Positions 1 to 9,589 of a DNA stretch of 64,000 nucleotides are shown one piece after another. The position numbers and the translations under genes are program-made. The notes under the pieces are model-generated. The model was not told the origin of the DNA. It saw only the letters and a program-made list of their open reading frames with translations, and ran no database searches. Numbering within the stretch: the stretch's first letter is position 1; every line of letters begins with the position of its first letter. Source of the stretch: Erysipelotrichaceae bacterium (GTDB lineage: Bacteria > Bacillota_I > Bacilli_A > Erysipelotrichales > Erysipelotrichaceae); NCBI GenBank assembly GCA_017431225.1, contig JAFRLM010000010.1, forward strand, positions 6,342-70,341, read 5' to 3'.

Positions 1-289
1 CCAGCACCAGTCCCAGGATGATCGTCGGGAACAGTGTTCCGGCGGTAAAGACCAGGGTATGCCACAGCGCTTCGTAAAAACGCGGGTTGCGGAACAGTGA
101 AAGATAATTCTTGATTCCGACCAGTTTGTAAGTCGGAGAGATATAGTCCCAGTTGGTGAAACTGAGATAGATCGTACGCAGGATCGGGTAGATCCAGAAT
201 ACGATCAACGGGATCAGCGCCGGCAAAACAAACAGAAGGACTGTCGGCAGACTGTCATAGCGGCGCTTGTATTTTCTTTTCGCGCTCAT
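1..289 (-). CDS. ABC transporter permease, N-terminal part (continues past window start), MalF/UgpA-type
   Basis: ATG at 287-289 overlaps the TAA of the upstream ATPase (TAATG). Hand translation gives MSAKRKYKRRYDSLPTVLLFVLPALIPLIVFWIYPIL...HTLVFTAGTLFPTIILGLVL, with hydrophobic TM segments. Confidence 0.75.
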   Translation of the reverse strand, partial: MSAKRKYKRRYDSLPTVLLFVLPALIPLIVFWIYPILRTIYLSFTNWDYISPTYKLVGIKNYLSLFRNPRFYEALWHTLVFTAGTLFPTIILGLVL

Positions 290-1386
290 TAGTTCGTGAT
301 CGTCCTTTCTGTCTCCGGATCAAAGAGATGCAGTTTTGCTTCCTTCACTTTCAGGAAGATCTCCTTGCCGTGTTCCTGGTACTGGGTCTGATCAGTATTC
401 ATGATGATGCGGTCATCCTGACACTGTGTATAGATGATCGCGTTGCTGCCGAGAAGTTCGAATACGGAGACTTCACCGCGGAAAGCCGCGGAATCCTGAT
501 CACTCAGTTCAACATGTTCCGGACGGATACCGGCAGTGACCTTCTTACCGACCCAGCCGCCTTCGCGGACTTTCGCGGCCTTTTCCGCTGTCAGCGGGAT
601 AAAGCCGTCTCTTGTCTTCAGGATGAGCCCGTCGCCCTTTTCCTCGATCTCCCCTTCAAAGAAGTTCATGGTCGGGGTGCCGATGAATCCGGCAACGAAT
701 TTATTGTTCGGATAATTGAAAAGGTTCGTCGGATTATCGATCTGCATGATCTCGCCGTCCTTCATGACGACGATCTTGGTGCCTAAAGTCATCGCTTCCG
801 TCTGGTCATGGGTGACGTAGATGAAAGTCGTATTCAGACGCCGGTAAAGGTCCGCGATCTCAACACGCATCTGACCGCGCAGCTTGGCATCAAGGTTGGA
901 AAGCGGTTCATCCATCAGGAAGGCTTTCGGATGACGGATGATCGCACGGCCCATGGCAACACGCTGCTTCTGGCCGCCGGATAACTGACCCGGGCGGCGG
1001 TCAAGCAGATTTTCAAGACCGAGGGAAGCGGCGACATCCTTTACCCGCTTATCGATCTCGTCCTTCGGGACCTTCTTAATCTTTAAGCTGTAGGCGATAT
1101 TCTGATATACCGTCATGTGCGGATAAAGAGCGTAGTTCTGGAAAACCATCGCAATATCGCGGTCCTGCGGCGAAACGTCGTTGATGCGTTTGCCGTCTAA
1201 GTAAAGATCTCCGTCGCTGATATCTTCCAGTCCGGCGATCATACGCAATGTTGTGGATTTTCCGCAACCGGAAGGTCCAACGAGAATCACAAATTCATTA
1301 TCTTTGATCTCCAGGTTGATATTCTTGACCGCCTGGAAACCATTCTCATATTCTTTCGTTACATTCTTAAGGATAATTTCTGCCAT
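289..1386 (-). CDS. ABC transporter ATP-binding protein, MalK/UgpC/MsmX type (sugar or glycerophosphodiester import)
   Basis: Walker A GPSGCGKST, signature LSGGQKQR, Walker B FLMDEPLSNLD, C-terminal MalK-like regulatory domain. Confidence 0.95.
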   Translation of the reverse strand: MAEIILKNVTKEYENGFQAVKNINLEIKDNEFVILVGPSGCGKSTTLRMIAGLEDISDGDLYLDGKRINDVSPQDRDIAMVFQNYALYPHMTVYQNIAYSLKIKKVPKDEIDKRVKDVAASLGLENLLDRRPGQLSGGQKQRVAMGRAIIRHPKAFLMDEPLSNLDAKLRGQMRVEIADLYRRLNTTFIYVTHDQTEAMTLGTKIVVMKDGEIMQIDNPTNLFNYPNNKFVAGFIGTPTMNFFEGEIEEKGDGLILKTRDGFIPLTAEKAAKVREGGWVGKKVTAGIRPEHVELSDQDSAAFRGEVSVFELLGSNAIIYTQCQDDRIIMNTDQTQYQEHGKEIFLKVKEAKLHLFDPETERTITN

Positions 1387-1409
1387 TTGCCTACTCCTTC
1401 ATAGAGGTA

Positions 1410-1437
1410 GGAGCAGCCGCCGCTAAACGGCTGCTCC
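1410..1437 (-). promoter_or_regulatory. Intra-operon stem-loop between the binding-protein gene and the ATPase gene
   Basis: 9-bp GC-rich stem (GGAGCAGCC / GGCTGCTCC) with a 10-nt loop and no clear U-tract. Likely mRNA stabiliser or partial terminator. Confidence 0.4.
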
Positions 1438-1463
1438 TCTGGTTTCGTGTGTTTGTTAGAGAA

Positions 1464-2777
1464 TTACTGAGCTAAAGCCTCATCAAGAGCGATCTGTGCA
1501 TTCGTGCAGGCTTCATCCAGGGCTTCCTGCGCGGAGATGCCTTCGATCTCGATCTTTTCAGCTGCGATATTCAGTTCGTTCAGGATTCTTCCGCCTGTCG
1601 GGTCGACCGGGTAGATCGAAGCGTGTTCAGACTGAGCGAGCAGAACTCTCGCGACCGGGTTCTCTTCCAGGAACTTCTGGTATTCCGGAACTTCGGTAAC
1701 GCGCTTGTTGGCAGCCGGGTATGTTGTCAGCATCGTGTAGGCAGCCTGGTTTTCCGGGTTCGTCAGGAACTTGATGAACTCATAAGCGCCCTGCTGTTCT
1801 GCTTCTGTGTTGCCTGCCGGCATACAGAGCATAAGAGCCTGCGCCCACGGCATGGAGACATTGCCTTCCCAGCCGAACTGTTCGAGCGGACGGATGACAT
1901 CAAAGTCGAAGTCAACGGAGTCGACCGGAGAGCCGGTGTAACCCGCGGATCTGCCTTCGATGACATCATCGATGGTATCGTACCAGTAGACCCAGTCATC
2001 GATACCGTTCCAGTGTGTCTGCATGTAGCCGTTCTCATGGATCCAGCCGCGGAAGCTTTCCCATACTTCGACCCATTCCGGAGAATTGATCAGTACGGTC
2101 TTGCCGTCATCGGAGAGGACTTTCGCGCCGTTTGCGAAGGCTGCGTCGATCAGGTTCTTACCATCGCCGCCCATCGGTTCCCAGGCGAACTGATAGCCAG
2201 CTTCCTGGAACTTCGGAGCAACGGCTACGAGATCCTGCCAGCTCTTGATGCTTTCGGGATCAACACCTGCGTCTTCGAAGGCCTTTACGCTGTAGTAAGC
2301 GATCTGAATCGTTCCGTACCACGGACGTGCGAAGGTAGCGCCGTCAGTGTGCTTGCCCTGATCCGCGTAGACTGCGTAGAAGTCGTCATCGTTGAAGTCG
2401 GGGTCATTTGCCTGGAAGCCGTCAAACGGTACAAGAGCACCCTTTTCATAGAGCTGTCTTGCCGGAGCGGTATCCAGAAGAACGACATCCGGTGCGTTCT
2501 TACCGGCGATCGCAGCCTGCAGGTTGGAGAATGTCTTGACATAGTTTTCCTGCTGGATAGCTGTGACGTGATACTTTGTCTGCGATTTGTTGAAGTTATC
2601 GATCTCTTCGTTGACAAGGTCCATGACATTGTTGCCCTGTGCAAGCCAGAATTCGATCTCGATCACTTCGTCGGTCTTTTCGCCATCACCGCCGGGTGCC
2701 GGAGTCGGTGTACTGCTGCCGGAGCCACAGCCGGCGACTAACAGCAACACCAAGAGAGCCGCTAATAATTTTTTCAT
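1464..2777 (-). CDS. Extracellular solute-binding lipoprotein (family 1, UgpB-like)
   Basis: Start chosen at MKKLLAALLVLLLVAGCGSG (lipobox LVAGC), preceded by AAGGAGG. The ORF-track start at 2816 is an upstream extension. Confidence 0.9.
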   Translation of the reverse strand: MKKLLAALLVLLLVAGCGSGSSTPTPAPGGDGEKTDEVIEIEFWLAQGNNVMDLVNEEIDNFNKSQTKYHVTAIQQENYVKTFSNLQAAIAGKNAPDVVLLDTAPARQLYEKGALVPFDGFQANDPDFNDDDFYAVYADQGKHTDGATFARPWYGTIQIAYYSVKAFEDAGVDPESIKSWQDLVAVAPKFQEAGYQFAWEPMGGDGKNLIDAAFANGAKVLSDDGKTVLINSPEWVEVWESFRGWIHENGYMQTHWNGIDDWVYWYDTIDDVIEGRSAGYTGSPVDSVDFDFDVIRPLEQFGWEGNVSMPWAQALMLCMPAGNTEAEQQGAYEFIKFLTNPENQAAYTMLTTYPAANKRVTEVPEYQKFLEENPVARVLLAQSEHASIYPVDPTGGRILNELNIAAEKIEIEGISAQEALDEACTNAQIALDEALAQ

Positions 2778-2812
2778 TCTTTTAAACCTCCTTTGTTGTT
2801 TTATGAATGAAA

Positions 2813-4336
2813 TCATTTACTTTTTTGTTTATCTGCCTCTCTGAGCTGTTTCATCAGGCTCGCGCAGATCATGAGGATCACGATCCCGATCGGGAAAGCC
2901 GCAATGATCGAAACGGATTGCAGGCTATAGATCGAGTTCTGTGAGAACAGGAGAGCGATCGGCAGCAGGATGAAGACCATGGACCAGAAGACACGGATCT
3001 TCTTTCCCGGTTCCTGCTCGATCGGCAGTTTTTTATAGGAATAATAGGAAATGACCATTGCCAGGGAATCGAAGGTGGTCGCGTAGAACGCGATCATCGT
3101 GATCACAAGCAGGATCAGACCAAGCGCCGGCAGCGGCAGCCCGTCAAAGACACGGATGATGATCTCAGCATAATGGCCGCCATTGGCGATATAGCCGCTG
3201 ATATCCAGACCATGCTTGAGCTGCTGGGCGAGACCGTAATTGCCTAAGATGATGAAGGACAGGAAGGTTCCCGCAAGACCCCAGAAATAACCGCCGAAGA
3301 CCATGTTGCGGATCGTTCTGCCCTTAGAGATCGTACCGATGAAAAACGGTGTGGCAACGCACCAGACCATCCAGTAGGCCCAGTAATAGACGGTCCAGTT
3401 CTGCGGGAAATTCGTTTCACGCAAGGGATCCATCCAAGTCGCCATACCGATATAATTCTGAACAAGATTCCCTAAGGCACTGAAGCCGGTCTCGAGGATA
3501 TAGATCGTCTCTCCGCCGAAAAACAGCACGTAGGCTAAAAGCGCAAAGAAGAGATAGGAACAGATCAGCGCGAGTTTGGAGATCGCCTTCATGCCGATAT
3601 AAAGGACGACCGTATAAAGAACAGCGATCACGATCAGGATGGCGATCGCCAGTGCTGTCGAATCGGGGATGCCGAATACGGTGCTGAAAGCGGAGGACAA
3701 TAACGGCGTCGTGACCGAGAAAGTCGTTGCTGTACCGGCGATCAGGGAGAAGATCGCGAGCAGATCGATGATCTTTCCGGGGATCCCGTCCACCTTATCG
3801 CCGAGCAGTGGCCGGCAAGCTTCCGAGTATTTCTGCTTATGCGAGCCGCGGACATGGAACATAAAACCGAAGGCGACTGCCAGAGCGATATAGAAGCTCC
3901 AGGCGATCGGTCCCCAGTGAAACAGCGGATATGTGGATGCCCAGCGCTGGATGCCGCCCAGTTCTTCGATATACGGCTCATTGGCGTATAATGCCCATTC
4001 CGTCAGCGAATAAAAAAGGATATCCGCCGCCATGGTGGAAGTAAAGATCAGAGCGCCCCACTGGAAATCGGAATACTGCGGTTTCTCAAGATTTCCGAAG
4101 CGGATCTTTCCATAGCGGGAAAAACCCAGATACATAGTAAAAATAAAGATCCCGAGACCAAGCGCCGCGTAATACAGAGAAAAACGGTCTCCGACGATAT
4201 AGCGGATGCGTGCGAGCAGATCCTGCGATTCCTGCGGACGGAACGCGAAAAAGATACATAGCGCAACTACGGATACGAGCGGGACAATTATCGAAAACCA
4301 GTCCATTTGAACGTGAGAGTCGTTTTTATTGCTCAT
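2813..4336 (-). CDS. BCCT family transporter (betaine/carnitine/choline type)
   Basis: 507 aa polytopic protein. Its N-terminal half (GKIRFG...PQYSDFQWGALIFTSTMAADILFYSLTEW...FHWGP) resembles BCCT carriers. Confidence 0.85.
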   Translation of the reverse strand: MSNKNDSHVQMDWFSIIVPLVSVVALCIFFAFRPQESQDLLARIRYIVGDRFSLYYAALGLGIFIFTMYLGFSRYGKIRFGNLEKPQYSDFQWGALIFTSTMAADILFYSLTEWALYANEPYIEELGGIQRWASTYPLFHWGPIAWSFYIALAVAFGFMFHVRGSHKQKYSEACRPLLGDKVDGIPGKIIDLLAIFSLIAGTATTFSVTTPLLSSAFSTVFGIPDSTALAIAILIVIAVLYTVVLYIGMKAISKLALICSYLFFALLAYVLFFGGETIYILETGFSALGNLVQNYIGMATWMDPLRETNFPQNWTVYYWAYWMVWCVATPFFIGTISKGRTIRNMVFGGYFWGLAGTFLSFIILGNYGLAQQLKHGLDISGYIANGGHYAEIIIRVFDGLPLPALGLILLVITMIAFYATTFDSLAMVISYYSYKKLPIEQEPGKKIRVFWSMVFILLPIALLFSQNSIYSLQSVSIIAAFPIGIVILMICASLMKQLREADKQKSK

Positions 4337-4444
4337 AAGGGAAGCTAATCGTTTCCTCCACCTGCTTACTTATATTCATATTACTACAAAATGTAAGCGC
4401 TTCAAATAGTTAATGGTCAATTATGTTTTTCACAAATTCCGACT

Positions 4445-5197
4445 TTATTGACGGATTTTATAGTATTTCAACACTCTGGCCGGGTCATTTGTGATGACCG
4501 AAGTCACTCCCTGCTCGATGCATTTCTCGACATCTTCCTCTTCGTCAACGACCCAGACATTGGTGCGCAGACCGAGCTTATGTGCCTCTTTCATAGGTTC
4601 TCCCGGAACGAAAAGATTGAAATACGCCGGGTTGATCGCCTTCGCGCCATGAGCTTTGGCGTACACCGGAAAATCGATCGTTCCGTCAAAGTACAGGAAA
4701 CCGACATCTAAGGAAGGATCCAGTTCCAGAAGATGCAGACAGGTATAGTGGTTAAAGGAGGAATAGTTGATCTTATCCTCCATGCCGAACTCTCTGACCA
4801 GTGCGAGCGTCTTTTCTTCGATCCCGTCATAGAACGGATAGCTCGTCTTCAGCTCGATATCGATCGTGAGACCGGTCGGTCTGATCAGTTCGAGGACCTC
4901 ACGCAGTGTCGGGATCTCTTGCGGTCCGTACTGCGGAAACTGCTGATTGAAATCCAGCGCTTTCAGTTCGGCTAAGGTGTAGTCTTTCAGCCACCCCTTC
5001 CCGTTGCTGGTGCGCTCAAGTGTTTCATCGTGACATACGACGATCTCGCCGTCCTTTGTCAGCTGGATATCCAGTTCCAGGCCGTCCGCGCCGGCTTCGA
5101 CTGCCTGCGCGAACGCCAGTAAAGTATTTTCAGGGGCTGTTGCACAGGAGCCTCTGTGCGCCCAGACCAATGGTAAATTTTTCATATTATTCTCCAA
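4445..5197 (-). CDS. Glycerophosphodiester phosphodiesterase (GDPD, cytoplasmic UgpQ-like)
   Basis: WAHRGS...APENT...ELDIQLTKDGEIVVCHDETLERT motif set. No signal peptide. Confidence 0.9.
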   Translation of the reverse strand: MENNMKNLPLVWAHRGSCATAPENTLLAFAQAVEAGADGLELDIQLTKDGEIVVCHDETLERTSNGKGWLKDYTLAELKALDFNQQFPQYGPQEIPTLREVLELIRPTGLTIDIELKTSYPFYDGIEEKTLALVREFGMEDKINYSSFNHYTCLHLLELDPSLDVGFLYFDGTIDFPVYAKAHGAKAINPAYFNLFVPGEPMKEAHKLGLRTNVWVVDEEEDVEKCIEQGVTSVITNDPARVLKYYKIRQ

Positions 5198-5310
5198 TCT
5201 TACAATTTCATCTTAAGACGATTAGGCCCAAAAACAAAGCCCGGAATTTACTTGAACGCGCCCTTTACACAAAGTAAAATGAAATAGAATGAAAGGACTC
5301 TTTCAAGAGT

Positions 5311-6756
5311 ATGGACAAGATGAAATACAATATTACCATCATTGGTGCCGGCATCATCGGAAGTTCCATTGCTTATCGTTTATCCAAATACGACTGCTCG
5401 ATCTTAGTCGTCGATAAAGAAAACGATATCGGCAATGAAGTCTCTATGGCGAACTCCGCGATCGTTCATGCCGGTCACGACCCGGAAGACGGAACACTGA
5501 AGGCTCTGCTGAATGTCGAAGGCAACCGCATGTATCCGCAGCTTTGTGAAGACATCGGTGCCCGGATCCGTCACGTCGGCGCGTATACCGTAATGTGTTC
5601 CCCGGAACAGCAGGAGACGATGGACGCGCTGATCAAGCGTGCCGAAGAACGCGGTGTCCCCTTCGAAGTGCTCACTGCCGAAGAAGCCAGAAAAGAAGAA
5701 CCGAATCTCGCGGATGACGTGATCAAGGTCCTCTCCCTTCCTTCCACGGCCATCATCATCCCCTGGGAAGTCGCACTGAAACAGATGCAGGTAGCTGTTC
5801 TGAACGGAACCGAAGTCAAACTGAACTGTGAAGTCAAAAATATCCGCAGGAACGAAGAAGGATACGTTCTGGAGACCAGCCAGGGTGAGATCGAGACAGA
5901 TTACGTGATCAACTGCGCAGGTCTTTACGCAGATAAGATCGCGAACATGATCGCCCCGCTGGATATCCATACGATCCCGCGCCGCGGCGAATACTTCGTC
6001 CTCAGCCATGACGCCAAGGATTTCGTACATCATATCGTTTACCCGATCCCGACTGCCAAAGGCAAAGGCATCCTCGCTGTCCCGACAGTCGACGAGAACA
6101 TCCTGCTCGGACCCAATGCCGAAGAGACAGGAAGCTGCGAAGCCATCAATACCACCAGTGAAGGCCTCAGCTACATTCGCCAGGAACTCAGCCGCAGTGT
6201 CAAGAATGTCCCCTTCCAGCATGTGATCCGCACCTTCGCGGGCTTACGTCCTTCGATCGCAACGAAAGACTTCTATATCAAAAAAGCCGAGGGTGAGGAA
6301 CATTTCCTCAATCTGCTCGGTATCGATTCGCCCGGTATCGCATCCGCGCCGGCGATCGCCAAATATGTAGAGAATCTGCTTGAGCTGCCCTACGCTGTCA
6401 AGGATTCCTACGAGACCAAGAACCCCTACCGTTTCAACTTCCAGGATCTTACTCCGGAAGAAAAAGACGCATATATCAAGGAACATCCAGCCTACGGCAA
6501 CATCATCTGTCGCTGCGAACAGATCTCCGAAGGTGAGATCGTTCAGAGCATACACGAAGTTCTCGGCGCGCATTCGATCAAAGGCGTCAAGAAACGTGTC
6601 CGTCCGGGCATGGGAAAATGCCAGGGCGGCTTCTGCCAGCCGCTGGTCCTCGAGATCCTCGCCCGTGAGCTGAAGATCCGTCCGGAAGAAGTCCTTTATG
6701 ATCAGATCGGCTCCAATGTCGTTATCGACTGGAAAGGAGGCCAGGACAATGCGTAA
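5311..6756 (+). CDS. FAD-dependent glycerol-3-phosphate dehydrogenase/oxidase-like protein with C-terminal BFD-like [2Fe-2S] domain
   Basis: N-terminal IIGAGIIGSSIA dinucleotide fold, DAO-type body, C-terminal ICRCEQISEGEI...GKCQGGFC cysteine motif. Confidence 0.85.
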   Translation: MDKMKYNITIIGAGIIGSSIAYRLSKYDCSILVVDKENDIGNEVSMANSAIVHAGHDPEDGTLKALLNVEGNRMYPQLCEDIGARIRHVGAYTVMCSPEQQETMDALIKRAEERGVPFEVLTAEEARKEEPNLADDVIKVLSLPSTAIIIPWEVALKQMQVAVLNGTEVKLNCEVKNIRRNEEGYVLETSQGEIETDYVINCAGLYADKIANMIAPLDIHTIPRRGEYFVLSHDAKDFVHHIVYPIPTAKGKGILAVPTVDENILLGPNAEETGSCEAINTTSEGLSYIRQELSRSVKNVPFQHVIRTFAGLRPSIATKDFYIKKAEGEEHFLNLLGIDSPGIASAPAIAKYVENLLELPYAVKDSYETKNPYRFNFQDLTPEEKDAYIKEHPAYGNIICRCEQISEGEIVQSIHEVLGAHSIKGVKKRVRPGMGKCQGGFCQPLVLEILARELKIRPEEVLYDQIGSNVVIDWKGGQDNA

Positions 6757-7999
6757 AGTACAGTGTGTGATCATCGGTGGCGGTTCCGCCGGACTGGCAG
6801 CCGCGATCGAATTAAAGAAAAATGGGATCGATGATCTTCTGATCCTGGAAAAAGGCCCGGAACCGGGCGGTATCCTGAACCAGTGTATCCACAACGGTTT
6901 CGGTCTTCACGAATTCAAGGAAGAGCTCTCCGGCCCGGCCTACGCGGAACGTTTCGCGAAGCAGGCGGAAGAACTCGGTATCCCGGTCGAATGTAACACG
7001 ACCGTAACAGCCTTCTATCCGGATAAGACGATTGAAGTATCCAACAGCAGCGGTTACGAGATCATCCAGGCGGAGGCAGTCGTTCTGGCAATGGGCTGTC
7101 AGGAAAGAACGGCCGGTCAGATCCAGATCCCGGGAATGCGTCCCCAGGGCGTTTATACTGCCGGTACCGCACAGCGTTACGTCAATATCGACGGCTATCA
7201 GATCGGTAAACGCGTGTTCATCCTCGGATCCGGTGATATCGGCCTGATCATGGCGAGAAGAATGACGCTGGAAGGCGCAAAGGTCCTCGGTATCGCCGAG
7301 CTCATGCCCTACTCCAACGGTCTGCAGCGTAACATCGTTCAGTGTCTGAAAGACTACGGCATCCCGCTCTATCTTTCCCACACCGTTACCAATATCGAAG
7401 GTTTCCCGCGCCTCAGCAAAGTCACGATCTCCGAAGTCGACGCCAACCGCCGTCCGATCCCGGGCACGGAAAAGGTCTTCGAAGTCGATACCCTGCTGCT
7501 CTCTGTCGGTCTTGTCCCGGACAATACCCTGACAGTCGAAGCGGGCATCCATCTTGATCCGCGCACCAGAGGTGTTGAAGTCAACGAATACTGCGAATCC
7601 CCGATGCCGGGCGTATTCGCAGCCGGTAATGTCCTGCACGTTCATGACCTGGTCGACTACGTAACAGCGGAAGGCCGCAAAGCCGGACGCGGCGCAGCCA
7701 AGTACCTCAAGGGTGAGCTGAAGGAACGCAACGGCTTTGTCACAAAGGCCGGAAACGGTATCGGCTATGTCCTGCCGCAGCGCGTAGACTATCCGAGCGA
7801 AGACGCGACCGTTGAATTCTCCTTCCGTGTACGCACACCGTATAAGAACGCCAAGATCGTCGTCAAGGACGGTGACACCGTGATCCGGGAGATCAAGAAA
7901 CCGGCTCTGCTGCCGGCGGAGATGGAAAAAGTCGTTCTCCCGAACAACATCCTGGTAAACATCAAGAACGATCTGACCATTGAGGTCAAGGAGGCATAA
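6749..7999 (+). CDS. NAD(P)/FAD-dependent pyridine nucleotide-disulfide oxidoreductase (partner subunit of the G3P dehydrogenase cluster)
   Basis: Start at MRKVQCVIIGGGSAGLAAA, preceded by GGAAAGGAGG. Second GSGDIGL fold. Overlaps the upstream stop. Confidence 0.85.
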   Translation: MRKVQCVIIGGGSAGLAAAIELKKNGIDDLLILEKGPEPGGILNQCIHNGFGLHEFKEELSGPAYAERFAKQAEELGIPVECNTTVTAFYPDKTIEVSNSSGYEIIQAEAVVLAMGCQERTAGQIQIPGMRPQGVYTAGTAQRYVNIDGYQIGKRVFILGSGDIGLIMARRMTLEGAKVLGIAELMPYSNGLQRNIVQCLKDYGIPLYLSHTVTNIEGFPRLSKVTISEVDANRRPIPGTEKVFEVDTLLLSVGLVPDNTLTVEAGIHLDPRTRGVEVNEYCESPMPGVFAAGNVLHVHDLVDYVTAEGRKAGRGAAKYLKGELKERNGFVTKAGNGIGYVLPQRVDYPSEDATVEFSFRVRTPYKNAKIVVKDGDTVIREIKKPALLPAEMEKVVLPNNILVNIKNDLTIEVKEA

Positions 8000-8000
8000 T

Positions 8001-8351
8001 ATGGAATTAACCTGTATCGTTTGTCCGCGGGGCTGCACGATCTCCTACGACATCGTCAATGGTGAAGCTGTCAATATCACCGGCAACTCCTGCCCCAGAG
8101 GCAAGGTCTACTGTGAGACCGAGATCAAGGCGCCGACCAGAATGCTGACATCGACTGTTCCGATCACCGGCGGTCATTATCATCAGCTTCCGGTCATCAC
8201 CTCCGCTCCGATCCCGAAAGAAAAGATCTTTGCCGTCATGGATGAGATCCACGCCGCGAAAGTCACCGCGCCGGTCAAAGTCGGCGATGTCATCATCTCC
8301 GATGTTGCCGGCACCGGCATCGATATCCTCGCTTCGAGATCCATGAACTAA
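8001..8351 (+). CDS. DUF1667 domain protein (third member of the conserved G3P-dehydrogenase trio)
   Basis: MELTCIVCPRGCTI...GNSCPRG cysteine motifs. AAGGAGG 7 nt upstream of the ATG at 8001. Confidence 0.8.
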   Translation: MELTCIVCPRGCTISYDIVNGEAVNITGNSCPRGKVYCETEIKAPTRMLTSTVPITGGHYHQLPVITSAPIPKEKIFAVMDEIHAAKVTAPVKVGDVIISDVAGTGIDILASRSMN

Positions 8352-8356
8352 AACCA

Positions 8357-8410
8357 AAAGTCCGCTGTCTGATCGTATACCGCAGATAAAAAAACAGCGG
8401 ACTTTTCTTT
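8357..8410 (+). terminator. Rho-independent terminator after the DUF1667 gene
   Basis: AAAAGTCCGCTGT ... ACAGCGGACTTTT stem followed by TTTTCTTT. Confidence 0.6.
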
Positions 8411-8420
8411 ACCCTCTCAT

Positions 8421-8450
8421 AGAAAAACAGGCCTGGTGCCTGTTTCTTTT
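8421..8450. terminator. Bidirectional terminator (serves the minus-strand CPBP gene)
   Basis: AAACAGGC-CTGGT-GCCTGTTT flanked by an A-run and a T-run. Confidence 0.6.
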
Positions 8451-8473
8451 GTAATATCGTTATTTGTGATCAG

Positions 8474-9454
8474 CTATCGATATAGGAAATACGCGAATGC
8501 GGACTGCACCAGCATCAAGATCACGGTCAGCAGCACGCTCGGCGTCGTCAGGAAAAGCCGCAGGGTATACCACAGATTTCTCTGTCTGCTTACATAGATC
8601 CGCTGGAACTTGCGGGAAAGGAGCAGATAGACGGAGATGGCATATAAAAGACCGATGGTCGCCACGATCGTCCAGCTGTATCTTTCGGGAACGAATGTGC
8701 TACCTAAGAAAAGCGCGTTGATCGTGATATGGACGATGACGCCCGGCAGGATGTTGTGATAGCGCAATGTCATCAGACACAAACAGCCCGAAAGGATGAA
8801 CGCCGGTATGAACTCCGTTACCGAGGTATGCGCGAAAGCATATAACAGAGAGACGGTCAGGATCCCGAAACGGTTTCCGTAACGGCCTAAGTCACGCAGC
8901 AGTACGCCGCGGAAAGCAAATTCCTCGATCAGCGGGGTAACACCGATAAACAGGAACATGAAAAGCGGTTCACGCAGATAACTGTCCGCCTGCACCATAC
9001 CGATCGGAGCGACGAAAGCGTCGTTGAATCCCAGGGGATTGAGCACCATCGAGGACAGGAAGATGCCGACAAACAGCAAGGAAATGATCAGGATCGCGTC
9101 CTTAAGATAATCCAGGAAGCCGAAATGGCAGGGACGCATGAAATCCTTGCGTTTTACCCCGTTTGCCTTCGCGTAGATCGAGAAAAGGATCAGAGCCGAG
9201 AGAACATAGACAAGATAAAAAACACCCAGGATCAGCGGTTTACCGTCATTTCCGGACAAGGGAGATCCGATGACCTGAAGATAACGCGATACCAGCGGCG
9301 GAAAATATGTAACGATCAGTATATAGATCAGGAACAGCAGACCGGATGTGAAGAAGCGCCTCTGCGCTTTTGCCTTGCTGATCCGTTTTCCTTTTTTCGA
9401 ATTACTCACTCTTAAATTATAATGCCTTTCACGTGAAATTTGGTCACAATTCAC
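8474..9454 (-). CDS. CPBP family intramembrane glutamic endopeptidase (CAAX protease-like)
   Basis: EEFAFRGVLL, YAFAHTS and VIVHITINA motifs in a polytopic protein. Ends in TAG. Confidence 0.85.
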   Translation of the reverse strand: MNCDQISRERHYNLRVSNSKKGKRISKAKAQRRFFTSGLLFLIYILIVTYFPPLVSRYLQVIGSPLSGNDGKPLILGVFYLVYVLSALILFSIYAKANGVKRKDFMRPCHFGFLDYLKDAILIISLLFVGIFLSSMVLNPLGFNDAFVAPIGMVQADSYLREPLFMFLFIGVTPLIEEFAFRGVLLRDLGRYGNRFGILTVSLLYAFAHTSVTEFIPAFILSGCLCLMTLRYHNILPGVIVHITINALFLGSTFVPERYSWTIVATIGLLYAISVYLLLSRKFQRIYVSRQRNLWYTLRLFLTTPSVLLTVILMLVQSAFAYFLYR

Positions 9455-9589
9455 TTTGAGTTCACATTCACATCTATAATGAGAATTGAAGTTGATGAAT
9501 ATGCTGAAAGCCTGTACAGTATATCCCTCTTATTTCACGGGCTAGAAAGGAATTCATCAAATGCGGAAACATTTGATGCAGAAAAGAAA

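Noticed and set aside
1623-2741. 372-aa plus-strand ORF antisense to the solute-binding protein gene
   Set aside because: It lies entirely inside a well-supported minus-strand gene and has no SD. Its composition (rich in R, D, V, F, C) is typical of a shadow frame. Long antisense frames are expected here because sense codons TTA, CTA and TCA are rare.
6812-8038. 408-aa minus-strand ORF antisense to the pyridine-nucleotide oxidoreductase gene
   Set aside because: Shadow ORF opposite a gene with clear dinucleotide-binding motifs. It has no recognisable motifs of its own.
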